Part shown: positions 1-10,420 of the stretch, one piece after another | Numbering within the stretch: position 1 is the stretch's first letter | Layout: each line of letters begins with the position of its first letter | DNA from: Polyangiaceae bacterium | GTDB taxonomy: Bacteria > Myxococcota_A > Polyangia > Polyangiales > Polyangiaceae | Direction of reading: 5' to 3' | Length of the DNA: 64,000 nucleotides | Assembly: GCA_965222375.1 (NCBI GenBank) | Contig: CBDCTZ010000011.1 | Location: 448,001 to 512,000 of the forward strand | The notes under the pieces: model-generated | Told to the model about the DNA's origin: nothing | Databases searched by the model: none | Seen by the model: only the letters and a program-made list of their open reading frames with translations | Program-made: the position numbers and the translations under genes

Positions 1-1
1 C

Positions 2-1654
2 GAAGCGCTACTGTTGGTACGTGGCTCTCGGGGCCGTGCGGACCTGGTGCGAAGTGGCGAACCATCCCTGCGCATTGACGCCCAATTCGACCTTTCCGGG
101 GCGCCGCTCCGGGCTGTGGAAAGCGTGGCGGCCCAGCGGCAGCTGAAGTCGGATGAAGTTGGAGAGCTCTTGGCTCAACGAGTCGTGCAGCGGACCGGAC
201 GCGGGCGGTGCCAACTACAGGGAGAGCTGGTACCGAATGCGTCGCTGTCTGCCGTCGGTGCCCACCTACTCGCTGTGTGCAGCCAACACGAACATCACTC
301 GCTGACATCCGTCTCCAAACACCTCGAGTTGCTCGACGCCTATGCCGGCTTGAACGACCTCGTCAGAGAGTACAGCGTGGTCTGGGGACAACTGCGTGAT
401 GTCGAGCGGCAGGCCGCGGCCCAGGCCGCGGAAGCGGGCCTGGCGGAGCGTCGCGCTGAGTTCCTGCGACATCTGGTAGACGAGCTTTCTGAGTTGGCAC
501 CGATGGAAGGGGAGTGGGACGAACTCAACGCACGTCTGAAACTGCTCTCTGGCGCAACCGAATACCTGGAGTATGCGGGGCAGGTGCGGGAACGCCTCTA
601 CGACGACGACGATGCGGTCGTGACGCGGCTCTCCCGCCTGGCCTCGGTTGCGGAAAAGGGAGCGGGCCAGTCACCGCACCTGCAAGCACTGGCAAACGAG
701 CTGCGGGCCGGGATGCTTGCGTGCGAAGAGGCGGCGGGCCACGCCTCTCGGCTGGCGAATAGTCTGGAAGTGGACCCGGCGGCGCTGAAGGCCGCTGAAA
801 GGCGTCTGGACTCGCTTGCAACGGTAGCCGCCAAACATCGCGTCAAGCCGGACCGCCTGCCGGGTCTGCTAGACGAGTTGAGCGCCGAGCTCGAAGACCT
901 AGAGTCCCATGGTGAGCGTGGGGAGGCGTTGGAGCTGCGCATCTCCGAGCTGCGCTCGCGCGCAGGCGCCCTGGCCAGCGTACTCTCAGAGCGGCGGCGA
1001 GCGGCATCCAAGCGCATGGGGGCTGCTTTGCGCACCGAGTTGGACGAGTTGTGCATGACCGCTGCGCGAATAGAGGCGCAAGTGCATAGAGACGAGGAAG
1101 GGTTCGGGCCGCGGGGCTGCGACCGAGTCGAACTACATTTTTCCGCGAACTCCGGGGAAGAGCTTGCACCGTTGTCCCAGGTCGCTTCCGGCGGCGAGCT
1201 GTCCCGGGTGCTTCTGGCGATACAGGGCGTGCTTTCTCGAGAAGACTCCGTGGCGGCCTACGTTTTCGACGAGGTCGATGCCGGTGTGGGTGGCGCCGTC
1301 GCGGAGGCGATCGGGCGGCGTTTGCGGAACATCTCCGAACAGAGGCAAGTGATCTGTATCACCCATCTGCCTCAAATCGCGGCCTTCGGCGATGCGCACT
1401 TTCGAGTCGAAAAGTCGGTGCAGGCTGGGCGAACGGTCACGAGCGTCGAGCACTTGGACGAGGAAGAGAGCGTGGAGGAGATTGCGCGCATGTTGGCCGG
1501 TGCCCGCGTGACGAAGAGTGCTCGTGAGCATGCACGGGAACTGCGGCGCGCTGCGCACGCGGCGCCTTTGCGGGTCGTTGCCGGAGCAAAGGCGGCTGAG
1601 CCCGCCGTCCGACGTTCTCGGAAGGCGGGCCCAGCGCGCCGTGCCTGTGGCTGA
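2..1654 (+). CDS. recN: DNA repair protein RecN (5'-truncated by the window edge)
   Basis: Frame is open from base 2. It has the SQHEH Q-loop region, a long coiled coil, the ASGGELSR signature, Walker B VFDEVDAGVGG, QVICITHLPQIAA and EIARMLAG. Confidence 0.95.
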   Translation, partial: EALLLVRGSRGRADLVRSGEPSLRIDAQFDLSGAPLRAVESVAAQRQLKSDEVGELLAQRVVQRTGRGRCQLQGELVPNASLSAVGAHLLAVCSQHEHHSLTSVSKHLELLDAYAGLNDLVREYSVVWGQLRDVERQAAAQAAEAGLAERRAEFLRHLVDELSELAPMEGEWDELNARLKLLSGATEYLEYAGQVRERLYDDDDAVVTRLSRLASVAEKGAGQSPHLQALANELRAGMLACEEAAGHASRLANSLEVDPAALKAAERRLDSLATVAAKHRVKPDRLPGLLDELSAELEDLESHGERGEALELRISELRSRAGALASVLSERRRAASKRMGAALRTELDELCMTAARIEAQVHRDEEGFGPRGCDRVELHFSANSGEELAPLSQVASGGELSRVLLAIQGVLSREDSVAAYVFDEVDAGVGGAVAEAIGRRLRNISEQRQVICITHLPQIAAFGDAHFRVEKSVQAGRTVTSVEHLDEEESVEEIARMLAGARVTKSAREHARELRRAAHAAPLRVVAGAKAAEPAVRRSRKAGPARRACG

Positions 1655-1658
1655 GGGA

Positions 1659-2252
1659 CTAGAAAGTGCCGCCCAGGCTCAGGCCGCCCCAGGGGGTGAA
1701 CCCGTTCTGTGTCACCAGAGGTGTGAATCCCACCTTGAACAGGAAGCCCCCGTCCAAAGGCTGATAGCGATAGCCCGCCGTCGCGGTTCCCGCGACGCCA
1801 ACGCCGCTTGCGCTCGCGGAAAGGCCGCCGCTCTCGGCTTCCCCTCCCGTGTAGACCACGAGAGCGCCGGCGCCGAGTTCGAAGCTATGGCCGCCGCCGC
1901 CGAGGAGGTAGTTCGCCATGATCGGCGCCGTCATCAGGGTCACCTTGGCAGAGGCGTCTTGGCCGCTCCCATCCGTCGCGCTTGCTCCAATGGAAAAATA
2001 GCTGAATCCAACTCGGGCCATCACATTGTCCATCAGCGCCCGCTCGTAGTTGATCGAGTACAACCCTCCGTTGCCGAGCAACTCGAGGTAGACGGCGTTC
2101 TTCGCCGTGCGCTTGTCCTCCGTCTTCACAACGGGGTTGTCGTTAGCCCGGTCATAGGTTGGGGGAGGCAACTCCGACGCTGCAGCCGGCGAAGCCAAGC
2201 CGAGACCAAGAGCAGCAAAGGAAACTGAAGCGATAAGCATTGAAGTTTTCAT
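1659..2252 (-). CDS. Small outer-membrane beta-barrel protein
   Basis: Signal peptide MKTSMLIASVSFAALGLGLASPAAA, alternating beta-strands (NAVYLELLGNGGLYSINYER), terminal Phe, and a GGAGAAAGGA RBS upstream of the ATG at 2252. Confidence 0.75.
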   Translation of the reverse strand: MKTSMLIASVSFAALGLGLASPAAASELPPPTYDRANDNPVVKTEDKRTAKNAVYLELLGNGGLYSINYERALMDNVMARVGFSYFSIGASATDGSGQDASAKVTLMTAPIMANYLLGGGGHSFELGAGALVVYTGGEAESGGLSASASGVGVAGTATAGYRYQPLDGGFLFKVGFTPLVTQNGFTPWGGLSLGGTF

Positions 2253-2300
2253 GATCCGTCCTTTCTCCAAGTGGCCTTGGGGGGCCATGCTTCAGGGAAG

Positions 2301-2317
2301 AGCAACCGCGATGCCAA
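2301..2317 (-). promoter_or_regulatory. Sigma-54 (-24/-12) promoter for the beta-barrel gene
   Basis: Minus strand reads TTGGCATCGCGGTTGCT, i.e. GG-N10-GC with near-consensus TGGCA..TTGC, about 50 nt upstream of the start codon. Confidence 0.7.
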
Positions 2318-2467
2318 GACTGGTGACCGCTGGATTCATCCGCTAGCAATGGAAGATGGGGAGCTCGACGAAATCGTCCCCGTACAACGCTTTCGGGGGA
2401 ACTGGCGCACGAGATCTCGCTGAATCGTCACGAACTTCTTCGTAACGCCCGTTACGCGTGCCGTCAC

Positions 2468-2500
2468 AAAAAAAGCGGAGTGGCCCGAAGGCCACCCCAC
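2468..2500 (-). terminator. Rho-independent terminator
   Basis: Minus strand GTGGGGTGGCC-TTCG-GGCCACTCCGC-TTTTTTT gives an 11-bp stem, a cUUCGg tetraloop and a U7 tract, just after the stop at 2523. Confidence 0.9.
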
Positions 2501-2522
2501 CCGGCACGGGAGTGATGGGCGA

Positions 2523-3452
2523 TCAGAATGCCGTAGCCGGAGGTTCTGAGAACTGACCGGGGAAGGGGTCCGCATTGCGGCGTCGGTTCACTTCCTCGCG
2601 GTTCCAAGGGAAGCTCGAGCCGCGCTCGTGAAAGAAGGCCACTCCAATCACGCCGACATTGCGTGCCTTGCCTTTCTTCGCCGCGTAGGAACCCTTGACG
2701 GATCCGAAGCGAAACGCGGCAACGGTGTCGAAGCTGCGGCGAAACCCGTCGATCTCCACTGTCGAGAAGGGTGCCAGGATGTAGCCGCGGTTCCTGAAAG
2801 AACCATTTCGGCCATTGATGACGTCGAGTCCGTCAACACTGGCGACCGCTTCGAAGCGACCACCGGTGTGGTTGCGAAGTTGGATGGTGTAGCGCTGGCC
2901 GTGCTGCCCGACCACGTAGGTGTTCTCGCCGTTGTTGAACCCCTCCAAGGGGTGACCACTGCTATCGAGGAGCCGCACGGTGATGGCGCCCCCTGCAACG
3001 CGGGCCTGTCCGTTGCCGAAGCTGCTGACTCCGTCGCGTCGCGCCATTGCGCGAGCGCCCGCCTTGTCATTGTAGAAGAGCTTCGCAACCGCAAAGGGGC
3101 TGGAAGACTCCCGAAAGAACGGTGCAGTGCTCACACGGCTGCTGCGATTCTCGCCCCACTTCGTGCCGAGGCCGGGGCGCGCATCGGCGGAACGCTCGCG
3201 ATGCTTCTGCACCGCAGAGCCGCCGGCAGCGCTCTCCGCGGCAGGCGCGGAGGGAGCAGGCTGGTCAGCGGACGGAGCCTCTTCGCCGTCGAAGCCCGCG
3301 CTGTCGCCGTAAGCGCCAGGCTCACCTTGAACCTCTGCCGAGCTAGGCTCACCCGCCGGCGAGCTTGCCACTGCCCCCGGCCTCTTGGCGCCGCCGCAAC
3401 CGACGGCCAATCCTGCCAACACCCCAACAAAAACAATGAATTTAGTTCGCAT
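2523..3452 (-). CDS. Conserved hypothetical lipoprotein
   Basis: Lipobox LAVGC, low-complexity linker, and a C-terminal beta-rich domain (GQRYTIQLRNHTGGRFEAVASVDGLDVING ... NVGVIGVAFF). Confidence 0.7.
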   Translation of the reverse strand: MRTKFIVFVGVLAGLAVGCGGAKRPGAVASSPAGEPSSAEVQGEPGAYGDSAGFDGEEAPSADQPAPSAPAAESAAGGSAVQKHRERSADARPGLGTKWGENRSSRVSTAPFFRESSSPFAVAKLFYNDKAGARAMARRDGVSSFGNGQARVAGGAITVRLLDSSGHPLEGFNNGENTYVVGQHGQRYTIQLRNHTGGRFEAVASVDGLDVINGRNGSFRNRGYILAPFSTVEIDGFRRSFDTVAAFRFGSVKGSYAAKKGKARNVGVIGVAFFHERGSSFPWNREEVNRRRNADPFPGQFSEPPATAF

Positions 3453-3526
3453 CGCCCTAGCCTCCGTGGATTCAAAGGCAAAACGGGGCAGCCCGGGTGC
3501 CCTTACAGGAGAGGCCCATACTTTTG

Positions 3527-4336
3527 TCAGCCTACCCGCTCAGAATGGCAATACACGCGAAAAGTCCCATTCCGCGCAAAACCAATCAGGGTAATGCCTA
3601 CGGCCTCCGCGAGCTCTACCGCCATGGAGCTCGGGGCGGAAACGGCGATGACGAAGGGCACTTCCGCCACGCAGGCCTTCTGCACGATCTCGAAGCCAGC
3701 TCGGCCGCTGACGACGAGAGCGGGGTCCTCGAGGGGGAGACGGTCGTCCAACAGCATGCGCCCAAAGACCTTGTCCACCGCGTTGTGTCGACCCACGTCC
3801 TCGCGGACCAGCTCGAGGTCCGAACCCAGGTAGAGCCCCGCGGCATGTACCCCCCCGGTGACCGCGAAGGCGGTTTGCTCACTCCTCAGGGATTCGACAA
3901 ACTCGGAGATTTCTGCCGCTGTGAGCTGACGCTCGGTGCGCACGGGACGAGTTCGCGCACACAAGTCGTCGATACTTCGTCGGCCGCAGACGCCGCATGC
4001 GGACGTGATCAGAGTGCCCCGGCGCGTGGTTTCCTCGAGCTCCAGGATGTGGCCGGGAGCCGAGGTGATCTGCATCACGTTGCCGTAGCCGACCTCCCCG
4101 ACCCGACCGCAGTGTGCGAGCGAGCCGATGTCGTTGCGCGAGGAGAGCAACCCCTCGGACCAAAGCAAGCCCGCTACCAATTCTCGGTCCGAGCCTGGCG
4201 TGCGCAGGGTCACGGCAAATACATCGTCATCGATGCGTATCTCGAGAGGCTCCTCCAAGGCCACGGCGTCGTCTTCATCGACGCTGCCCCGCCTGGAGTG
4301 CTTTCGGGTTGCGACTGATTTGTGCGACGCGGCCAT
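3527..4336 (-). CDS. fdhD: Formate dehydrogenase accessory sulfurtransferase FdhD
   Basis: EEPLEI, RTPG, SACGVCG, TGGVHAAG, REDVGRHNAVDK and SAPSSMAV motifs. Confidence 0.95.
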   Translation of the reverse strand: MAASHKSVATRKHSRRGSVDEDDAVALEEPLEIRIDDDVFAVTLRTPGSDRELVAGLLWSEGLLSSRNDIGSLAHCGRVGEVGYGNVMQITSAPGHILELEETTRRGTLITSACGVCGRRSIDDLCARTRPVRTERQLTAAEISEFVESLRSEQTAFAVTGGVHAAGLYLGSDLELVREDVGRHNAVDKVFGRMLLDDRLPLEDPALVVSGRAGFEIVQKACVAEVPFVIAVSAPSSMAVELAEAVGITLIGFARNGTFRVYCHSERVG

Positions 4337-4341
4337 GGACC

Positions 4342-4905
4342 TCAGCCCCCGGGCAGGATCTTGCCACGGGCATTGGCATCTACGTAGCCGTCTCGAATCG
4401 GGCTGGCGACGTAGGCGCGGATCCGAATCGCCGTGTCGTGGGGCAGGTTTCGGCGCACCAGGACATGGCTTACTCGACCTTCGGCTGGATCAACGGTTTT
4501 TACCGCTTCCCGCGCCACTGCCGGTAGCCGATCCCAAGTCACCTCGCTCATCGGGAACAGATTGTCCTCGAGGTTTCCACTGCCCAAGAGTCGCACTTCA
4601 ACAGGAGCTGCCACATGGCCGCCTCGGTAGACGTGCTGCAGCACCTGATCCGGGGCTTCGGCATCCCTCGCCTTGAGTACGATGCGATCTGGATAGAGGT
4701 CCAACTCCAGCACTTGGGCATCGGGCCCGGCCTGGGTGGCCAAGGCGCGAAACCCTCGTTGCCACGCCCCGTCGTCCAGAAGTGGTTCGCCCGCAGCCTC
4801 TGCGATCACCGGCGTCGGAGGGGCGGAATCCGTCGACTCCTTCTTGCAGCCGCCCGCCACGAGCAATGCGCTCAAGAGCCCCCAAGCGCCAGTGCGGAGG
4901 ATCAT
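4342..4905 (-). CDS. Hypothetical lipoprotein
   Basis: The ATG overlaps the dapE stop (ATGA) and there is a lipobox LVAGGC. The longer 360-aa ORF call overlaps dapE and is an over-extension. Confidence 0.7.
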   Translation of the reverse strand: MILRTGAWGLLSALLVAGGCKKESTDSAPPTPVIAEAAGEPLLDDGAWQRGFRALATQAGPDAQVLELDLYPDRIVLKARDAEAPDQVLQHVYRGGHVAAPVEVRLLGSGNLEDNLFPMSEVTWDRLPAVAREAVKTVDPAEGRVSHVLVRRNLPHDTAIRIRAYVASPIRDGYVDANARGKILPGG

Positions 4906-5963
4906 AGGCTGGCGACTTCCGTGAGCCACCGAGCCAAGATATCGCGGCCAACGTAGAGTGGCGGAATCAAGGTCCATTCGTTGCGCTGGTGCGCTTGCGC
5001 TTGTACACCGGGGCCGAAGTTCACGGCTGGAATACCGAGGGCTGCGAATCGCGCCACATCCGTCCACGCCTGCTTTGGCTCGACACAGGTTACTCCCGCC
5101 CCACTGAGTGCCTGCACAATCGGGTGGGTCGCCAACGGTGGGGCCGCAGGGCTCTCGTCTGTGAACTCGACTTCGGCCTCGTCGCCGAACAGGGCGGTCA
5201 TTTCGGACAACACCTGTTTCATGTCGCGATCCGGCCCGAAGCGACGGTTCACATTCAGCTCGAATACATCTGGAATGATGTTCCGCCCTCGACCGCCCGA
5301 GGCGAGGGTGGCGCTGGTGACGTTCGCCCACTTCAATCCGTCGACCTCGATTTGCTCCGGGGACAGCGCGCCGAGGCGCGTGAGCAGCTCTGCCGCCTTG
5401 TGAATAGCGTTTTCGCCTTGCCAAGGGCGTGCGCTGTGGGAGGTCCGGCCGTGAAACCGCACCGTCGCGTGCACGGAGCCGCCACAGCCGAGTTGCAGCT
5501 TGTTGTCGCTGGGTTCCAGGGCGACCGCGAAGTCAACTTCTCTCAGTTCGCTGTCTTCCTCCAGAACGACCCCGAGTTCGTTTTCGATGAAGGGACCCTC
5601 CTCCCGCGCGTAGAACACCAGAGTCAGGTCGACGCCCTCGATTCGCTTGCCTTCGGCGAGGTCCAGCATCAGCGCTAGCCCGCTCTTCATGTCCGCCGCG
5701 CCGGCGCCGTATAGCCGGTCCCCATCGATCCGGGCGGGGGCATCGTGCACCGTACGTACGACATCCAGGTGGCCCACCAGTCCGATATGTGGCCCGCCGC
5801 TACCACGCCAAATCGGCACGACTATGGAATCCCCGTAGCGTCGAATTGGTGCAGCCAGTTTCTGTGCACCGAGCCGAGTTGCGACCTCCGTACACAGCTG
5901 CTCCTCCTCCCCGATCGGAGAGGGCACCTGGCACAACCAGAGCAGTGTGTCTTCGAGCACCAT
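4902..5963 (-). CDS. dapE: Succinyl-diaminopimelate desuccinylase DapE (M20 peptidase)
   Basis: GHLDVV, GAADMKSG, REEGP, HSARPWQGENAIH, WTDVARF, NFGPG and AHQRNE motifs; adjacent to dapD. Confidence 0.9.
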   Translation of the reverse strand: MVLEDTLLWLCQVPSPIGEEEQLCTEVATRLGAQKLAAPIRRYGDSIVVPIWRGSGGPHIGLVGHLDVVRTVHDAPARIDGDRLYGAGAADMKSGLALMLDLAEGKRIEGVDLTLVFYAREEGPFIENELGVVLEEDSELREVDFAVALEPSDNKLQLGCGGSVHATVRFHGRTSHSARPWQGENAIHKAAELLTRLGALSPEQIEVDGLKWANVTSATLASGGRGRNIIPDVFELNVNRRFGPDRDMKQVLSEMTALFGDEAEVEFTDESPAAPPLATHPIVQALSGAGVTCVEPKQAWTDVARFAALGIPAVNFGPGVQAQAHQRNEWTLIPPLYVGRDILARWLTEVASL

Positions 5964-5965
5964 GG

Positions 5966-6790
5966 TCAGACCGGCACCGCAAACTCGCGCAGGGCGGAGT
6001 TCAACGTGGTCTTCTTGTCAGTGCTTTCCTTGCGCTTACCGATGATCAGCGCGCAGGGCACTTGATACTCGCCCGCCGGGAACTGCTTGGAACGCATTCC
6101 GGGGATCACCACGCTCCGCGCGGGAACGCGGCCTCGCACTTGCACCGGTTCGTCCCCCGTGACGTCGATAATTGCGGTCGATGCGGTCAGGGTGACGCCA
6201 GCACCAATGACTGCTTCTTCTTCCACCAGCATGCCCTCTACGACGATGGCCCGGGAACCGATGAAACACCCGTCCTCGATGATGACGGGCTGCGCGCCCG
6301 GTGGCTCCAGCACGCCCCCGATGCCCACACCGCCCGAAAGGTGACAGTTTTGCCCAATCTGAGCACAGGAACCCACTGTGGCCCAGGTGTCGACCATAGA
6401 CCCGGAACCGACCCAAGCGCCAATGTTGACGTACCCGGGCATGACGATGGCTCCCTTTTCAATGTGTGCGCCATAGCGGATCGTCCCCGGCGGCACGACA
6501 CGCACGCCCGCCTCGTCCAGCCCGCTCTTGAGTGGGATCTTGTCGAAGTACTCGATAGGCCCGAGCTTGCCGCGCTCCATTTGGGCCACACCGAAGTAGA
6601 GCAAGACTGCTTCCTTGACCCAAGCGTGGGTCGTCCACTGGCCCGGCGCATCCCGGGTGGCGACCCGAAGCTCGCCGGCGTCCAGCAGCGCTAGCGCCCG
6701 CAATACGGCATCGCGCGCCTCGGGCTCGTTAAGTTGGTTTCGATCTTCCCAGCAGCGTTCGATCACTTCGCGCAAATGTGCGTTCGACAT
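5966..6790 (-). CDS. dapD: Tetrahydrodipicolinate N-succinyltransferase DapD
   Basis: LDAGELRVA, WVKEAVLLYF, DKIPLK, RVVPP, MVDTWATVGSCAQIG and HLSGGVGIGGVLEP motifs. The start could be 6790 or 6802. Confidence 0.95.
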   Translation of the reverse strand: MSNAHLREVIERCWEDRNQLNEPEARDAVLRALALLDAGELRVATRDAPGQWTTHAWVKEAVLLYFGVAQMERGKLGPIEYFDKIPLKSGLDEAGVRVVPPGTIRYGAHIEKGAIVMPGYVNIGAWVGSGSMVDTWATVGSCAQIGQNCHLSGGVGIGGVLEPPGAQPVIIEDGCFIGSRAIVVEGMLVEEEAVIGAGVTLTASTAIIDVTGDEPVQVRGRVPARSVVIPGMRSKQFPAGEYQVPCALIIGKRKESTDKKTTLNSALREFAVPV

Positions 6791-6851
6791 GTGTGGCGAC
6801 ATAGCGGTGCGCATCGGCTGTCGCAAGCTGCGCACACTCGAAGCGAGGATC

Positions 6852-7670
6852 CTAGCGTGGCCAGCGCATTTCCACGCGTGCCCCGTCGTCGGCGAGCTGG
6901 AAGCTCCCGCCCGCGAGCCGCGCGATGGCAGTGGCGCAGCTGGCCGTCGGCTCAATCACCACCGGGATCGGCAGCCAGGCGACGGCGGTGCCGCCCGCGA
7001 CTCGCCGAACGTGGATGACGCAGCTGGCGTCCCGGGCAGTCAGGCTGAGTTCGAGCGTAGCTCCGCTTTCACCGCCCAGGGAAAGCGCGGCCGCAATGCC
7101 AAGCAGCTGTTGCAGTACCTGCGGGGCGACGAGCGCCTCGCAATTGGCAGTGGGCAGCTCGAGTTTGCTGACGGAGGCTCGACTGGGCCCCGCGCTCGCT
7201 TTGTCGGCGTGGGTGGCGTCTCGAAGCAACTCCGCCAGGTTCAGGCGCAGTGGCTGAGTGGGGGTGCCGTGGGAGAGCAGGTCTATCAACGCCCGTGCCG
7301 CGTCGAGTTCAGCGGCAGTTCTCTTGACTACCGCCTCCAAGCGCAGGCGATTCCTTGCGTACATGGGCTTGGGAATCGCCGAAGTGAGCGCGCGGTCGAG
7401 TTCGCGAACTCGAGGCGTGATGAAGTCGTCCAATGCTTGAGCCGAGTCTCGGTCCGCGACGGCGGACAGGAGCTGTTTGGAGGCCCGCGCAATAATCCCG
7501 CAAGACCCATGCACGGCAGGTAGCACTGTGGACACGTTGCGGGGACCAACCCGCAGGCTCCCCAACAATTGCTCCAGGTTGCGCAAACTGCCCAACGCGT
7601 CGCGAAAAGCGCCCCGCGCGGATGCAACTTGGCCTGCCTGCTGACCCGGCAACGAAGGACCGTCCTGCAT
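6852..7670 (-). CDS. Hypothetical protein, possibly a degenerate histidine-kinase-like fold
   Basis: The ATG lies 7 nt after the ndk stop. The N-half is helical and the C-terminus AIARLAGGSFQLADDGARVEMRWP resembles the end of an HATPase_c domain. Confidence 0.55.
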   Translation of the reverse strand: MQDGPSLPGQQAGQVASARGAFRDALGSLRNLEQLLGSLRVGPRNVSTVLPAVHGSCGIIARASKQLLSAVADRDSAQALDDFITPRVRELDRALTSAIPKPMYARNRLRLEAVVKRTAAELDAARALIDLLSHGTPTQPLRLNLAELLRDATHADKASAGPSRASVSKLELPTANCEALVAPQVLQQLLGIAAALSLGGESGATLELSLTARDASCVIHVRRVAGGTAVAWLPIPVVIEPTASCATAIARLAGGSFQLADDGARVEMRWPR

Positions 7671-7677
7671 GACGAAA

Positions 7678-8097
7678 CTAGAGTAGGGCGTGGCCGGCGA
7701 AGAAGTAGCCGCACTCTTTGATGCCGTTCTCTTCTGAATCCGAACCGTGGCAAGCGTTTTCGCCCACGTTCGTCCCGTAGAGCTTGCGGATGGTGCCATC
7801 GTCGGCCTTCGCGGGATCCGTCGCGCCAATCACGTCGCGATAGTGCTGCACGGCATTGTCCCGCTCGAGGGCGATGACCACGACTGGGCTACGCGTCATG
7901 AAGGTGCAGAGCTCGTCGAAGAACGGCCGTTCTTTGTGGATGGCGTAAAAGCCTTCCGCCTGCGCGCGCGACAAATGAGTCTGCTGCATTGCCACGACGG
8001 AAAAACCCTCGTCCAGTAGGCGCTGAATGATGTGGCCCTGAACCTTCTTTTCAACGGCGTCGGGCTTTATGATGCAGAGGGTTCGTTGTTTGGCCAT
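7678..8097 (-). CDS. ndk: Nucleoside diphosphate kinase
   Basis: RTLCIIKPDAV, HKERPFF, GATDP, GTIR and NACHGSDS motifs. Confidence 0.98.
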   Translation of the reverse strand: MAKQRTLCIIKPDAVEKKVQGHIIQRLLDEGFSVVAMQQTHLSRAQAEGFYAIHKERPFFDELCTFMTRSPVVVIALERDNAVQHYRDVIGATDPAKADDGTIRKLYGTNVGENACHGSDSEENGIKECGYFFAGHALL

Positions 8098-8197
8098 GAT
8101 TCACCCCAGCGGTAAGTGCCCCCGAACTAGGAGGGCTCCTTTACGGCAGGGCGCGATCAGGATCAAACGAAATCACGCGGAAATGTGGCGTCGACGC

Positions 8198-9091
8198 CTA
8201 GAGCATGCCCTTGAGGGTGGCGCCCATCTCTGCCGGGGTCGGTGCCACCTTGACGCCGGCGGCCTGTAGCGCCGCAATCTTGTCCACCGCGGTGCCCTTT
8301 CCGCCACTAATGATGGCTCCAGCGTGCCCCATACGCTTTCCAGGTGGTGCGGTGGTCCCGGCGATGAAGCCTGCCACGGGCTTCTTCATATGAGCCTTGA
8401 TGTACTCGGCTGCCCGCTCTTCGGCGTTGCCGCCGATCTCGCCCATCATCATCACGCCGTGGGTATCCGGGTCATCGTTGAACAGTTTCAGCACGTCCAC
8501 GAAATCCATGCCGCCGACAGGATCCCCGCCAATGCCGATGCAAGTCGATTGACCCAGGCCCAGTGCTGTGAGTTGTCCGACCGCCTCGTAGGTGAGCGTT
8601 CCCGAGCGGCTCACGACACCGATGTTTCCCTCGCGGTGGATGTGACCCGGCATGATGCCGAGCTTGCAGGCGCCCGGCGTGATGACCCCTGGGCAGTTGG
8701 GCCCAACCAGGCGCACGCTGCGGCCGGCCAAAGCGCGTCGGGTCCGGATCATGTCCATCACTGGGATCCCTTCGGTGATGGCGACGACCAGAGCGCAGCC
8801 TGCGTCAGCAGCCTCCAGAATGGCGTCTGCGGCAAACAGCGCGGGAACGAAGATGCAGGAGACTGTAGCGCCAGTTTCTTTCACTGCGGCTTGGACGGTA
8901 TCGAATACGGGGACCTTGACCTTGCTGCCACCGGGGCCTTCCGCTTCGAAGGTTTCGCCACCACGGCCCGGCGTGCATCCCGCCACAATCTGGGTGCCGT
9001 AGGCAATGCACTGCCCGGTGTGGAAGGAACCAGCTGAGCCGGTGATGCCCTGGACGACGATGCGAGAGTTCTTGTCGACTAGAATTGCCAT
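8198..9091 (-). CDS. sucD: Succinyl-CoA synthetase alpha subunit
   Basis: [33 protein letters not shown] and RMGHAGA motifs. Confidence 0.98.
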   Translation of the reverse strand: MAILVDKNSRIVVQGITGSAGSFHTGQCIAYGTQIVAGCTPGRGGETFEAEGPGGSKVKVPVFDTVQAAVKETGATVSCIFVPALFAADAILEAADAGCALVVAITEGIPVMDMIRTRRALAGRSVRLVGPNCPGVITPGACKLGIMPGHIHREGNIGVVSRSGTLTYEAVGQLTALGLGQSTCIGIGGDPVGGMDFVDVLKLFNDDPDTHGVMMMGEIGGNAEERAAEYIKAHMKKPVAGFIAGTTAPPGKRMGHAGAIISGGKGTAVDKIAALQAAGVKVAPTPAEMGATLKGML

Positions 9092-9117
9092 GAGTCTTCT
9101 CCAGTTCGATTCGCAGC

Positions 9118-10314
9118 TCAGCCGCGCACCGCAGCAACGATTTTCTCAGCGCCGTCGGCCATCGTGTCGGCGGGTTGAATGGACAACCCACTCTTCGCCA
9201 AGATTTCCTTGCCTCTGTCGACGTTCGTGCCTTCCAGCCGAACGACCAGAGGTACCTCGAGGCCGAGCTCTTTGGTCGCCGCAACCACCCCCTCTGCGAT
9301 GACGTCGCATTTCATGATGCCTCCGAAGATGTTCACGAAGATGCCTTTCACCCGATCCGAGGAGAGGATCATCTTGAAAGCCTTGGTGACCTGCTCCTTG
9401 TTGGCTCCGCCGCCGACGTCCAGGAAGTTCGCAGGCTCGCCACCGTAGTGCTTGATGATGTCCATGGTAGACATCGCCAGTCCTGCCCCGTTGACCAAAC
9501 AACCAATATCCCCGTCCAAGGAGACATAGGACAGCCCGGCCGCTTTGGCTTCGGCCTCGATAGGGTCTTCTTCCTCCGCGTCACGCATCTCGACCCATTC
9601 TCGATGCCGCGCGGCGGCATTGTCGTCGAAGTTGATCTTCGAATCTAGTGCAACGACTCCACCTTCCTTTGTTACGATGAGGGGGTTGACTTCACACAGG
9701 CTGCAGTCGTCCTTTTCGAATAGTGTGCAGAGCTTGGTGACGATCGCCGTGAACTCCTTCATTGTGCGCTTGGGCTCTGGCGAGCCCTTTGTGATCTCCA
9801 GTCCAAAGGCCAGCTTGCGCGACTGATACTGAGCGAGCCCAACGACCGGGTCGACATGCTCCGTCAGGATTTTGTCGGGAGTCTCTGCCGCCACTTTCTC
9901 GATTTCGACGCCGCCTTCGGTGGATGCCATGATGGCAATCTGTCGCTCTTCGCGGTCAACCACCAAACCGAGGTACAACTCGCGGGCGATGTCCAGCCCC
10001 TGCTCCACATAGAGGCGTCGCACCTTCTGGCCCTCGGGACCGGTTTGGTGGGTCACCAGCTGCATGCCGAGTAGCTTGCCTGCTGTCTCCCGCACGGCGG
10101 CGGGCCCGTCTTTAACGACTTTGACACCGCCGCCCTTGCCGCGACCGCCAGCGTGGATCTGCGCCTTGAGCACGACCACCGGAATGCCCGTTTCGTCGAT
10201 GAGCTTTTTCGCATGCTTTTCAGCTTCGTCTACGTTGAAGGCCGGGTAGCCCTTGGGAACGGCGATGCCGTACTTCGCGAAAACCTGCTTGCCTTGGTAC
10301 TCGTGAATCTTCAT
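9118..10314 (-). CDS. sucC: Succinyl-CoA synthetase beta subunit
   Basis: MKIHEYQGK start at 10314, [43 protein letters not shown] and VRLEGTN motifs. Confidence 0.98.
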   Translation of the reverse strand: MKIHEYQGKQVFAKYGIAVPKGYPAFNVDEAEKHAKKLIDETGIPVVVLKAQIHAGGRGKGGGVKVVKDGPAAVRETAGKLLGMQLVTHQTGPEGQKVRRLYVEQGLDIARELYLGLVVDREERQIAIMASTEGGVEIEKVAAETPDKILTEHVDPVVGLAQYQSRKLAFGLEITKGSPEPKRTMKEFTAIVTKLCTLFEKDDCSLCEVNPLIVTKEGGVVALDSKINFDDNAAARHREWVEMRDAEEEDPIEAEAKAAGLSYVSLDGDIGCLVNGAGLAMSTMDIIKHYGGEPANFLDVGGGANKEQVTKAFKMILSSDRVKGIFVNIFGGIMKCDVIAEGVVAATKELGLEVPLVVRLEGTNVDRGKEILAKSGLSIQPADTMADGAEKIVAAVRG

Positions 10315-10420
10315 GGGCCTCCACGTCGCATCGGGTGCGCGGCGAAAGTTCGGGGACCCGGCTGATAAACCAGGGGTCGCCGGGTCGCAACTTGCGGATG
10401 TGGCGAGGCGCGAGGGCCGT

